From: Oikopleura dioica
Lineage: Eukaryota > Animalia > Chordata
DNA: 64,000 nt
Assembly: GCA_907165135.1 (NCBI GenBank)
Contig: OU015569.1
Location: forward strand, 11,470,001-11,534,000
Direction of reading: 5' to 3'
Shown here: in pieces, positions 12,764-25,118 of the stretch
Layout: every line of letters starts with the position of its first letter
Numbering within the stretch: position 1 is the first letter of the stretch
Made by a program: the position numbers and the translations under genes
The notes under the pieces: generated by a model
Databases searched by the model: none
What the model saw: the letters and a program-made list of their open reading frames with translations, nothing else
What the model was told of the DNA's origin: nothing

Positions 12764-13081
12764 TTATACGCAATAATGAGCAGGAACTTCAACGAGAACA
12801 GGATGCCAGAATTTACTTCTCCCAAAAATTTTCTGGTCGACCAATGTAACTCCCTCAAAACTAAGTCGGACGATTGCATGTGGTTCAATGCTTGGAGTTC
12901 TCAGAATTTCTTCCGGAAATAGATAAACTTTCTTCCCCTTTCTTCTCAAAACCCCGACAAAGTCGCAATCAAGACACTTTTAAGTTTAGCGCTATCTTTA
13001 TAATTATACCGTTATAATTACCCGTATTCTTGCTTGTAAAATTGGCCTTTCAATTCTTTCGCTTTCCTCTTCGATTACCAT
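12764..13081 (-). CDS. ~90-aa mini-paralogue of the Cys-rich/Kelch-like family (N-terminus joined directly to the C-terminus)
   Basis: ATG 13081, exon 1 MVIEEESERIERPILQARIR, phase-0 GT-AG intron, then CLDCDFVGVLRRKGKKVYLFPEE..SFEGVTLVDQKIFGRSKFWHPVLVEVPAHYCV*. The frame is intact. Confidence 0.65.
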
Positions 13082-13281
13082 AGCGAGTGATCAAATCAAC
13101 GTGATCTCGTACTCGCCACTTCAGATGGAGTGATATTCAAAAAGGAACGGGAACGGAGACCAAACTGTCGAGCTGTCAGACCAGGGTTTGAAAAGTGCTG
13201 AGCATAAGCATGCTCAGAGCACGCAGCATGCTCTCGTTAACGTCTTCCTTTTTTCCCGCTTTTTTTCAGTAATTACTTGCT

Positions 13282-15047
13282 ATGGTAATCGAAGAGGAAA
13301 ACGAAAAAATTGAAAATAAAATTTTCCAGGCGAGAATACAGGTATTATAGACTCGCTTGCTCCTAGAATGAACTAAACTTACCAAAAGTGTCTTGATTGC
13401 GACTGTATTGGGGTTCTGAGACAAAAAGAGAAGAAAGTTTATTTACTGCCGGAAGAAGTTCTTACAATCCGGAGCATTCTAACTCAAGAACATGATATTA
13501 AAAGCTCGAAGAATGAAAAGAAGTGGAAAGTCAAGGTCACCGAAAAGCTGAGCCTGGCGAAGCACGGAAATGCAACAAATACTCAGCAATACACTTATCT
13601 TGTACTTGGCTCGATTTTCTGGATCAGTGTCATGCTTATAGGTACCTCGTTTATAATTTTAAAAAAAGGAGTATTTTATGTTCATAGCAAATTTCGCGTC
13701 CTTAGAGCGATCCCGTGCCGTAACCACTTTTTTGACTTCGACTTGCCACCTAAATTACAAAAAATGCGTCAAAATTGCAACAATGGACTTATGCGGGCAT
13801 CTGATGAAGAAGTGTTATGAAACTAAAGAATTTATTCTTCCTGAACCAGTTTTCAATATGGAACCGCCAGAAAATGCAGCCCTAGAATTCTCCGAAGAAG
13901 AAAACGAAGTGAATCTTTTACGCTGCAAAAAGAAACAGTTTTACGATCAAAAGATTTGCCGCCATCTTTGCTCAGAATCGCTCGTTTTGGAATCAACGAG
14001 GACTAATCCCATCTCTCTCTGTGAATCAATGTGTTTTCAAATAACAAGAACTGCCGATTCCGCTGGAGACGTTTGCCCCTATCAGAAATACTGCTCAACT
14101 GGTTGTCCTTGTCCCTTTTACGAGTGTGAAAAATTACAATCGCGGCAGAAAATGATTCCTGTTTTTGATATGGATGCGAACTCAACAGATTTGACCTCGG
14201 AAGCTTTAAAAACAGCGTCAAATAATGAGGTTGAACTTATAACTGCTCGTTGGACTGGTCGACAAAATGAAAAGCGAGAATTTCGGAAGCCTATTCTTTC
14301 AAATCTGAGTGGAAATCATGTAAAAATGAATCTTTCAGACTCTTTTTTCCTTTATGAACGGTTTTTTTTTCTTCTAAAATGATATCATACGCAACCAATT
14401 AATAAAAACGAGAAAGTCAACAGGTGCTACTTTTCTTGATGGGGAACATTATTTGGTCGATGCTCTTGGAAACTTGATGAAAGTGAAGGAAAATGGCGAA
14501 ACCTCGAATATAATTCCGAATCGACGCGGGAAAATGTACGTCATCTTTTCTGATTGATTCTTTCGATCCAAATTTTAAGAGGTTTCTTCGTTTTCCACTA
14601 CGGATCTTCAATCGGAACTCATCAAATCGAGATTCGCCGAGAAGAAAAGAACAGAAAAGTGTTTCCAGTCGTCGTTATCTGAAAACGGTCGAAAACATCA
14701 GGGGATTCTTAAAAAAATCATTGTTGACCGTCTGAAGCCGCCCGACTGGAAAGGATGATAAGTGCTTCTATTACGCCCCAGATTACAACCTCAACCGTTT
14801 CGAAGAAGCACAGGGCTTCATCGCAAGCAACCATTTTAACGCGAAAGTGTCCTCTGTAAGCTTTAGAGGAGTTTTGTACTTGATGAGTGCCAGGCTCGGA
14901 GATCATTATGTAAAACTGTCGACGACAGTTGCTTTGAACAGAATAAGTAAAGACGAGGAACTGGAGAAGGGATGGCGAAAAGGGGATTTTGGAGTTCCAG
15001 CGGAATTAAGAGACCTGAATCCTGTCCATGTTGTCCCTTTGGAATGA
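13282..15047 (+). CDS. Type II membrane Cys-rich / Kelch-like family protein (copy C)
   Basis: MVIEEENEKIENKIFQARIQ|CLDCDCIGVLRQKEKKVYLLPEE..TM YLVLGSIFWISVMLI|A..CESMCFQ..CPYQKYCSTGCPCPFYECEK..NPVHVVPLE*. The first two introns splice in frame; later boundaries are approximate. Confidence 0.7.
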
Positions 15048-15064
15048 GTTGAAATTGTGGACTT

Positions 15065-16363
15065 TGTGATTGTTAAAACTACTACCCAACAAGCCCTGAC
15101 TGGGCTACAATAAATACGCAAGTGAGTTGCCTGAAGATCAGGACTTCTATACTGATTTGTGTTATCAAGAAGTGCCTTAACTCTGGCGGTGCAGGGGGAA
15201 GTAAAGAGTTGACAGATGGTAATGTCACAGTATTGACGTCAAGTGCAGATTCTCATAGATTGTAGTTGTCTGGTTTCACCATCGCATCTCCTCCCCCTTT
15301 TTAGATTCGAGGGAGCGTTACATCCAGTCGCCATCTTCGACTCTCTCTTTGAAGTCTGCGCAGCTCATGAGTTCTCAGGCGCAGGTAGAGGAAAGCAGAA
15401 TGACACATGGGGGCAACTAACGTAAGTGATGTGCAGATTGAGGCTATGGAGAGTACCGGCGATTCCCGTCAGCTGACGTATTCTCGCTTCATTGAGCGCC
15501 CGGATCAGGTTGTCAACTAGGGCCTGCGGGGCGTCCTGCATGTCTTGTTGTCGGTTAAACATCAATCGTGACCCTGCTTCAGTGGCCATCTGCTTCTAGC
15601 TGTTGAGAATTCTCGAGCCTTCGTACGCGAATTCCCGAGCAAATTTTTCTCGAACCGCCAGAGCCCGATCCCGGTAGCCGCGCGCTTGTACTGGGACTCG
15701 CTCGATGCCCAGTTCCCGGTAATTTACCACGTCCTTGATTGATCGTTCGTCGTTGTCGTAGGGGCCGGCGGCTAGGAGCTCGTTTCTAATTGCGTCTATT
15801 GCAATTTCCATATCGTTTGGCCTTTCGACTTGCAGTTGCGCTTGAGGTTGATCATTAGCCTGAGCAGGAACTTGCTCTTGCTGTACTTCTTGAAGAATGA
15901 CTTCGTCGTTTGGATCGCCGAATTCCCCTCTCTCCCCCTGTCTGAGGGTTGACGAGTAACTCTTCGTCAAGTGTATCCATTTGAAGGGTGAAAAGCACCC
16001 TTTTTTTTGAGTTTTCAGAAAAAAAACTAATCTGAATGGCGATTTCTCTTGCTTTTATCGTGGTCTCCACAGCTTTTATTTTTCGCATTGTCTATCCCAC
16101 TTCAGTCACCAGATGTGGGTGTTAAAACTACTACCCAACAAGCCCTGACTGGACTACAATAAATACGCAAGTGAGATGCCTGAAGATCAGGACTTCTATA
16201 CTGATTCGTGTTATCAAGAAGTGCCTTAACTCTGGCGGTGCAGGGGGAAATAAAGAGTTGACAGATGGTAATGTCACAGTATTGACGTCAATTGCGTGGC
16301 GAAGGTGGGGGTGAAGGTCATGCAGATTCTCATAGATTGTAGTTGTCTGACTTCACCACCGCA
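15065..16363 (-). mobile_element. 1.3-kb non-autonomous LTR retroelement (two LTRs, PBS, PPT, decayed gag-like ORF, no pol)
   Basis: LTRs 16114-16363 and 15065-15286 (TG..CA, 28-bp indel plus a few substitutions); PBS TGGTGACTGAAGTGGGA 2 nt inside the 5' LTR; PPT AAAAAGGGGGAGGAGA abutting the 3' LTR; 5-bp TSD gactt/gacct with one mismatch. Confidence 0.9.
15365..15990 (-). pseudogene. Gag-like ORF remnant inside the mini-LTR element
   Basis: ORFs 15596-15970 and 15365-15589 are in one frame, separated by an in-frame TAG, with a frameshift near the MDTLDEELL start. The gag call rests on its position after the PBS, not on a motif. Confidence 0.5.
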
Positions 16364-16375
16364 GACCTTTGAATA

Positions 16376-18467
16376 TTGTTAAAATTCACGTTTCAACTCG
16401 AGGAAGATCGATTTAGGGAGACTGCTTTTAATTTTAGTAACGAGAAGCATTGTCCTTTCAAATACCCTGTATTCTGTGTTACTAGAAGCGGAAGGAAAAT
16501 TTCTGACTCTTGGCGGCGAGTGGATAGGATCACTTGTAAAATACAAAGAATATTCTATCTGCTATTCGAAATTGTTTGCGCAAGATGATACAAATTATAC
16601 TGATCAAGAGGGAAAGAATATTGACGAATGCGACTACTTCGGGAATGGATTCACCAACGACGAAAAGATCTTTGTTCAAAACTACGTCTTCGACTCTTTA
16701 TTTGAAATTAGCTTCAATTTCGGGAAGGATTTGCAATATTTCTAATGAAACGTGATTTACTTCGACTTAAAAAATCTTCATAAAGAGATGATCGAGCTTG
16801 AATTCACCCAACTAGAATCCGAAACAAAAATTCACGTGACCAGTAATCCCTATTTCGCCTTTCACGACGATGTTTTTCCTGCTTTCGCGAAGAATGCTGT
16901 CTCTCAGCAACAATTTCCTAAATCGAGTTCTTATTACAAAACAATCATTCCGGATAATCCCTTTACTTCCCTCGAAGAATTGAAACATATTTCAACTGTC
17001 GAGATGAAATTAAATGGAACTGACGCTTTCAGATTTGAAGTTGATTTCCCGGAGAAATTTACCGTTCTTAAAGAATTCAAAATTCTTGAGTTGATATTTT
17101 TCGATGGATTTTCTTTCATTAGCTTGGGAATTTTTCAAAATGGCTCTCTTTGGATTGATTCTCACTATTTTAATGGACGCTATATTTTATTAAATAATGG
17201 AGAATTAAGACAACTGGGACTTGATTTTTATACATCGAATTCTTATGAGTCAAATTACCTTGAAGTTGTTCAGTGAGGGTTCAAATTAAACAGTTAAAAT
17301 ATTTTTTGCTCCTCGCAGATTTCTAGTAAAATTGAACTTAAGGAAGTTCAAGGAAGAAGAAACGAAAAACAGTTCAAAAATAATGACAACTGGCCTTGAA
17401 ACTATCAGAAACAAAAAGATCCGGATTTTTAAGCTTGACAATCTCGCAAACCTGAAAAATTTTCTCTTTACTTCCGTAACAAATATCTTAGTTATGGGAT
17501 ATCAGTTGGACGAGGCATTTTCGATTTCATTAGATGGAAGCACAGTGAGGGATGCAACAATCAACGAACCGACAATTGAATATCTTCTTTACGTTTCTTA
17601 TGCTCTTGTAAAGGGCGAGATTTACATTTTCGGTGGTTTGATGGACAGACAAAAAGTAAGATATAATAAGGGTTAACATAATTTTTATCCAATAAAGATT
17701 GCTCGATTGGAAGACTGTGTTTGGAAAGAACATGCATCAAGATTGATCAACGAGTACTCTAGGTTTTCCGACGCACTTTCAATTTATGATGGCGATAATG
17801 CACTTATTTGTTTCGATGATTTTCGTGATAAAAAATGCGAGATTTTCAATGGCACATCGTCGATCCCGACATATGAAGCCAGCTTTCCGCATGCCGGTGG
17901 CAGACTAGGCTTCTATGGAGGGAAACCTACAACTGTGGGAAGCGCTTATGGTGAAGGGAAGAATAAAGTCGAGACTCTTTCTTTTTCTGGATGGTCAAAT
18001 CTAACTGATTTCCCGAAGAGGTAATTATCCTTATTAATTAAAAAAGACACGCACATATTCAAATCTTATAAGTGTTATTACTGAACATGTCTTGGTTGGG
18101 CTACCAAGTGGCAGTCTTTTACTTGCTGGAGGAAAAAACAATCAGTTAATTAATTGGGAATACACTGTCTACAAATCATTATGGCTTCTCGAGAAAAATA
18201 TTTGGAGGCAGATTGGCAATCTTCAAAATGTAAAATTTAATTTAATTAGTAAACATTTCTCACATAAATTAAGGCAGACTACTTAGGATCCGCAATCCGA
18301 ATCCATGATTCAATCTTCATCTTCGGAAGCTCTCTCAAATCAGATGAAATCGAAAGACTTAGTTTTGACGGTGATAGATTGATCAGTCAGAAACTCATTG
18401 GGAGAAGTATGACTTTAAAATTCTGGCGTCCTGTTCTTGTTGAAGTTCCTGCTCATTATTGCGTTTA
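16376..18467 (+). CDS. Cys-rich / Kelch-like beta-propeller family gene (copy D; 5' end unclear)
   Basis: Exons give KGEIYIFGG, LICFDDFRDKKCEIFNG, GRLGFYGGKPTTVGS, GSLLLAGG, LWLLEKNIWRQIGNL and end FWRPVLVEVPAHYCV* at 18467. The Kelch-like GG/W periodicity is paralogous to copy A. Confidence 0.75.
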
Positions 18468-19492
18468 AAATCAATCATAGAATAAATATGAATGCCTATA
18501 CCCTTAATAGAAATGCTTATTTCCAGAAAAAAAGTTAACTGTTTAACTATTTCAAGCAGCAGTTAATCCTCAAATAAAAAATCAGCCGAGAAATGTGTAA
18601 GCAGGAGATCAGAGAGAAAAAACCAAGTCCCGAATTTTCATTCGCTGCTGAGCGAAATTCGTCAATTGTTTAACTTTCAGTGCTAATTTTTCACGTTCAA
18701 CCGATTCTGCAGGGCGATTGCCGGATTCTAGATAAGAGACTTAATTCAAAGTTTTTTGACACCTCTTTTTCATTTCAGAGAAAGAGAAATTTTCGCCGAC
18801 TGGTTTCGTCAACTCAGGTAAAGAGAGAATTTTTCATTTTTTTAACAATTTTTTTTATTTTTTGTGAACAATTTTCTCGCTTTTGCAAAACCAGTTCCCA
18901 ATGCTCTTACTAGCGTTAAAATAGTTAGCTCATCATTTATATTTTTAAAAAGGCTAAGAGGCACCTTCGACCTGTCTCTGAAAACAAAGAGGAGTATCAG
19001 AGTTCTGATAGCAGTTAAATTACTTCGCTGGTTTGATGCCCTTTTTTCTGTTAATAAGCCAGCAAACTGTAATTGCGGTTTATCAGTAGTCCAAACCAAG
19101 AGATCCAAGATAATTGTGAAAATTCTCGATGAAAAAGCGGTCATTTGAACTTGATGCTTTTCGGACTTAAAAACGATTCATTTGCGATTAAGGGTGGGTC
19201 TTGCTTTTGATCGAATTTCAACCCCGTTGTCAATAAAGTAGCCCTCTGTTCGGGGTACAATAGTCACTCTTTACTTTCTTTGTTGCTCCTGCCTTTCTCT
19301 ATGTTTGCGCTTTTCCGGGCTAAATTTATTGAATTTCAAATTTACAAAAAACCGCCGCTGCGCCGCTTCATTTTTGCAATTTATCCGATTTTTCAAAAAG
19401 CAAAAGGGCTTTTTACTACTAAGGCTAAAATAAAGAGAAATCTTTGAATAAGAAAATCGTTTCATATCGTAAGTAAATTTCTTCCCAAAAAA

Positions 19493-19655
19493 GGGCTCGG
19501 CAACCTGTGTCCAAAACCTGAGTCAGGGCCAAAAACAGCATAAATGAAAAGCCGCCTAGCGGCTTTTTTGAAAATGAAGCCGCAGAGCGGCTTTGCCGAA
19601 ATAACCCTTTCAATCTATTTTTCAAACCCTGACTCAGTTTTAGGTTGCCGAGCCC
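19493..19655. mobile_element. MITE, same abundant family as 6946-7142
   Basis: gggctcggcaacctgtgtccaaaacctgagtcaggg ... ccctgactcagttttaggttgccgagccc. Confidence 0.85.
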
Positions 19656-20149
19656 AGATTTCATTATTTTCTCGATTTTCCTTTTTTCAAAAATAACAAA
19701 AAAGAAGCTTTGATTTCATTGTGAAACTCGCACGCTTAGATATGACAAGTCGGGATCTAATGTTTGGATTGCTCTTATCATCTGAGCAACTCAAATTGAC
19801 TCATTTTCATTTTTTTGAATTGTCGCATCCAACTCGTAAAAACGGCGTTTTTGGAAGCAGCGCCAGCTTTTTTTCTCAAGCAGTGAACTTTTGAAAATTA
19901 ATTTTTCAAAAACTCAAAATCCAAAACGACGCCTTTTTTATTGTCTCGCCCGGGTCCCTAAAAAGAAATAAACAAACAGAGAAAAAAATAAAATGACAAT
20001 GGTTGCTACTCGCAAATTTTAACGACAAAGGAAGAAACGAAAAGTTTTAAAAACCGCATTTTTATGATAGTAATTGTGTTTTCTTGTAATTCGGCTTTGC
20101 ATTTAACGATTTTGACGATACTAAAACGTATTTTCAGCGCAAAAGAAAG

Positions 20150-21776
20150 ATGAGGAGCAATTTTTCAAGGAAGTTTTTGCTCCTGGCTGGAATTTTATTG
20201 CTAATTTACGCGACTGTACTGAGCAATAAGTACTACCTTGATAAGGTAAGCTCACTATTAAACATTTTTACTGTTGATGCGAAAACACTAACCCTAACTC
20301 GAACGCTAACCCTAACCCTGAATAGCTATTATTAATTTTTTATTAGCGAATTATGATTCGAAGCGAGCGGATGTCCTCGACAAAGATCGAGGAGCTAGAA
20401 GAAGTGCTGAGAATTATTCAAGAATCAGAAAAAGAAACGGCCTTGGAGTTGGAAGAAAAACTGCGCTCTTTGGAAGAACGACAGTCTGAGGCAATCGTGA
20501 AGTTCTACGAAGACCTTCAGCGATTAGAAAATGAAGAGATAGCGTCGAAGACGGCGATTGAGAAGATAAGACGCGAATTTGCTTCGCGCTTCGACCTGCT
20601 TTTGGTTGAGAAGGGGAGCGATCAAGGGGCGGAGATCAAGGAGATAGCTACGGAACTACCGCCAGGGAAGATTAGTGCGATACCAGTCAGAAAATGGGAT
20701 GGAGAGGAGAAAATAGTTTTCCTTCATATTGGAAAGGTACGTTCAACAGCACGCCCGTCGATTTAGGTATCTTCTGGTCGCGTTTTTTTGTAGTTCAAAT
20801 TTTCTATCTTGCTTTTTTACAATAACAGTCATATTTCAGGCGGGAGGCACTTCTTTCGATGGAATGATGGGCAAAGCACTCAAAGGCCGAAGCAAATACG
20901 TTGGAGGATTGCACTTTGACTGGACCTATGTCGAGGAACGATACCCTTCCGGAGAAGTGGTAACAATGCTCCGAGAGCCGGTTTCTAGAGCAATCTCGCA
21001 CTTTCACTTCATGAAAAAACTCAGTTGGACGAAAGGAATGGCTATTAGACAACAATCCATCGACCAGGTAAAACGAATTAGATAATATTTATCTATAAAG
21101 GTGTTCAGTTCTTAGATGATCCAGTTTCAATGATGCACAATCGCGGATGCTGGCAGGATGGACAAGCTGCCGTCTCGTGGTTTACAGGCACTCACGTGGG
21201 AAACTGGGTGAAAAAGGGAAGATCGGCTGAAACTAACGGAGAGATTCTCGAGCGAAAAGCGTTCAACTATCAACAGGTACAGTCGATTCATTTTCATACC
21301 AGGTTACTCAGCTAATAATTCTAGGAACTGCTCGAAACTGCTGATAAAATCGACGGAATGTTTTGGTTCGGGATTCTCGAGGACCTTGATCGCTCTTTGG
21401 AACTGCTCGCTTTTCAACTAAAACTGCCCTTCGGATCGCTAAGCCTGCCAAAGTCAAACTCAAACAAAGCGCCAGCTGCCAAACCTTCCGAAGAATCGAT
21501 GGAGAAGCTGCAATCTCTGATGCCACAAGATCTGTGGGTTTACAAATACGCCAAACGCGTCTTTCAAGCGCGCTGGGAATACTACAAAACCGGCTCTTTC
21601 AAGCCACCAAACAGACCTCCCTTCCCAAAAGTCAACTGCCTATCAACTCGATTCATTTTGAAGTGCACAGGAGGACCTTATCAAGGTAAGCTTGGGTTCT
21701 TGCTTCATGGGTTCCTGCAAAAGATTGTCGACTATACATAGGACTTATAGGCCCAAGACAATCTTGGACCCAGTAA
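20150..21776 (+). CDS. Golgi type II membrane sulfotransferase (Sulfotransfer_2 type, HS6ST/GAL3ST-like)
   Basis: N-terminal TM, coiled-coil stem, 5'-PSB motif VFLHIGK|AGGTS, 3'-PB motif TMLREPVSRAISHF, FGILEDLDRSLELL, and D..VY.YAK..F..R near the C-terminus. Confidence 0.85.
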
Positions 21777-21874
21777 TGAGGAAGATTGATGAACTCATGT
21801 TTGATATATTTTCAAAGTAGTAAAAAATAGATAATTGAATGCTGTATAAAACTTTTTTGTTTCGTCTTTTCTTT

Positions 21875-23759
21875 TCAAACGATGTTGAAAATGTCGTCTT
21901 TCCATTTGAGCTGACGGAGACTTTGGGGCTTTGAAGAAAGGAAATCCTTGACATTTTCGTCCGAAGAGCTTGAGAAAGAGTTAGTTGACTTTCTTGTAAC
22001 TGGTTTACTTTTCAAGAGATCTTCCGGGGACATAGTTGCTCAATGATTTGGTCGGTTTATCAGTAAAATACTCGACCTCGTATTCTCTAATCGTCCGTTT
22101 TTGCATTAGCTCGTGAAGGACTTTGTGAATTTCGTACTGGTGCACGGGTAGTAGGATTCCTTCGATGTTGATTTGCTCGGCACCAGACTTCACATCGAGT
22201 TTTTGACCGTGGAATTGGCGAAAGGGGCGGAAGAGATGATGGTTGGGGGAACTCCATTCCGGGCGACTTTTTAAATCGACGAGGAAATTAACTAATCGCT
22301 GGCAAGCGGTGCGCCCCTCGATTACTTCCGTTACATCGGCGTAATCTAAAGGACATTCGGTTATTCAAAATATCAGAAAGAGAGGTCTTGCCTTTTCCGT
22401 CGTGGTATTTGGTATCATAAGCGGTCGTGGACTTCATTTTGATAACGTTCATCGCCCGCAGTGCGTCCCAGCTTTCATCGTCGTCCGGATTGAAGTCAAA
22501 GTCGGGATCAGGCAGTGCCCTCGATCGATAGCTACTACCGGAGCAACTATTGCTCCGATGGAATTTCGGTTTTGGGGAGCAAGCATCTGCGTCTTCCTCG
22601 TTGTCTCCTTCTTTTTTGGGGCTTTCTTTGACTCCCTCTAGAAAAAGAATGTTCTCTTCTATGTCTTCAAAAGTCAAAACAAACCTTTTATGAGCTTGTT
22701 TTTGAGCCCTTGCGTCGCCGGCGCAATTACAGCTCGAATGCAGAAAGAGGGAACCGCTTTGGAATGAAAGGACGATTGAGAAAGCGCAGATTGAGACTGG
22801 CTGTCTTCGTTGTTCGGGTTCGAGCTGCCATCGTGAGTGTAGAAGACAATTGAGTAGCTGCGAGTGAAGACGTAGAAAAGCGGCAGGAACTTGGTCTTGA
22901 GCGCGTCAAAGGCAGCGTCGATAGTTTCTTCGAATTGAGTCCAGTACTCTGCGCGTTGGCCGTGGCTCGATGGTTCAAAATCAGTAGCGTACCTTGACGA
23001 GTTATGAATACAATTCCTACTAGATCAATTTAATAGTACCTCGGGTAGAATTTCTTTCCAATGGTCGCCGGCCAGGCGTAGTACAGACAAGCTGCGGCAA
23101 GCTTTTGTGAGAGCTTGGTCGGATCAGCAGGTGTCACCGAAATCGCAGTGTTCCAGTCTTCCTTTTTAATTCGTCGGAGTGCGCTTGTGTCGGAAAATTT
23201 GATCTTCATCTTCGACTTGATGCTGAAGTCGAGCGGGATGCTGCAAGTTTGATTGAGGTTGTTTTGGGCAGTGAATCCGTCGCGAGCGCTGTCATCGTCA
23301 AGATCTCTAGTAAGTGATTAGAATTTCGCCTTACTGTATTCTGTACCTCATGTTGGCAATGGTTCTTCTTCGATTTCGGAGGCTTCTGCCATTGCTTCCG
23401 TTTAGAATATTCTCAAATTTGAAGCGGTCCTCGATATTTGGCAGGTCGGTGACATTACCGTGGTTTTCCAGCGCCGATAGAAACTCATTATCTCTAGCAT
23501 TTGCTTTCTCGTCCTTCTGTGAATCATCCGTTTGGGAATCGACTGTAAGGGAGCTCAATCCCAAGGACGTATTAGCTGGATCATTTGTCTGTTCCTTGAG
23601 CTTAGCGAAAGGGTTGAATGTTTTTAGCGGTTTCTTTGGGAGGTTTTCTTTTTCCTCCGTTGAAGTCTTCGAAGCGATTGATGCCCTAGTTGTCTTCTTG
23701 CGCTTTCGCTTGATGACCGCGGCTGGATTGACCCAACTACCCGTCCCGTCATCTCCCAT
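21875..23759 (-). CDS. DONSON: DONSON / humpty dumpty replication factor
   Basis: IPLDFSIKSKMK (DWSIKTR), LPLFYVFTRSYSIVF (CPYFYVCTYQFTVLF), RAVIAPATQGLK (TALISPTTRGLR), FPPTIISSAPFANST (PPTLLSPVAFRGAT), C-terminal SLRQLKWKDDIFNIV*. Confidence 0.85.
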
Positions 23760-25118
23760 TTACACACTGAAATCTACAGTTATTGTGCGAGTGAAAACAA
23801 TGAAGATTTTCATGAACAAGAAAGATTTACGGTCTCTTGCTAACCCCCAAATATTAATGCTTAGTTGGTCTTGATAAAATTTGAAAAGCTGAGTCCAAGA
23901 TTGTCGATTGAGCCCCCATTTCGAAGCCAAGTATAGACCAGCTTTGGCCTCAAGTACGAGAAACGGATCAGAATAATCAATTAGCTATTGGCTCCCTAAC
24001 TAAACGACTATTCAGACCTGCTGTATCGCTGGGACGACCTTATGACTGAAGAGCACGCAAAAGAGTTTTCCGATTTACTGTCCAAAAACGACCCTTAGCC
24101 CAAAATCTAGACTTCCACTAAAAAAGCCAAACTGTAAATAACCGTCTCGTGTCTGTAAATAACAAGAGCGTTATGACTTCAACCTACAGTTCAGCCTGTT
24201 TTCTTCTACGAAATTAGACCTTCCTGCGCACTACGAAATTATTGTACAATTACTACTACTTTAGCTGTTTCAAAACGAAAAAGAAAGATACAGAAATAAA
24301 GACAAAACAAGAATTTGACAGCCACTGGCTGGGCTCGGGAACCTGCGTGGAAAATTGAGACAGGGTCTTGAAAGAGCTTTAACGATAATTTAAAATTTGC
24401 GGCTTTTTATTGAAGCTATTTCAGGACCCAGACTCAGTTCTCCTCACAGGTTTCTGAGAGCAAACCAACGGGGCGCCAAAAAGCGTTTAAAATTATTATT
24501 GAAATTATTTTTTGTGAAAAAGAAAACTTGTCATCAGCAATTGTGAATAACAAAAAAAGATTTACAGTTAATTACTATGCAAGGAAAAAAGTGAACTGGC
24601 GAAGACAACGGTGACCAAAGAAGTAGGGAAATCCAGTTGCTTCTGGTTAATACCAAAGAAAGTGAAATATTCTAGACAAGAAAAAGGCAAGATAGAGAAA
24701 CAGGTTAAAACTTGAAAAAAGCGGTGATTTATTAACTTTGAGAAAAATTGTTAGAAAGTATCAATGAAAGAGTTGAAAGAGCGCGAAAAAAGCGGGAGGC
24801 GGAAAAAGCGACTTTAGGGACTTCTTATACAAAGGAGAATTGGATGAATTCTAGAAGGGATTACGACGTCCAGTCAAAAAAGTGGCGCTGGGGGTTTTAA
24901 CCAATGCGCGATTCAGTTCTAGTTTGACTAGAAGCACCTCACAGAGCAGTCCGTAACTGTGGTTAACCTGTTTGTGAGCGATCTCCAATTTTTTGGCAGG
25001 ACTATTCCAGAAGTAAAATGCCAAGAAACTGGTCATCGCTCACGAGCAGGTTAACCCCGTTACGAACCACTAAATTTCAGCTAGACAAATTTGACTGGGG
25101 TTTCCCGGAACGAGTTAA

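Noticed and set aside
23790-24100. Small gene upstream of DONSON (either strand)
   Set aside because: Protein-like fragments occur on both strands, but no consistent start or splice model could be built.
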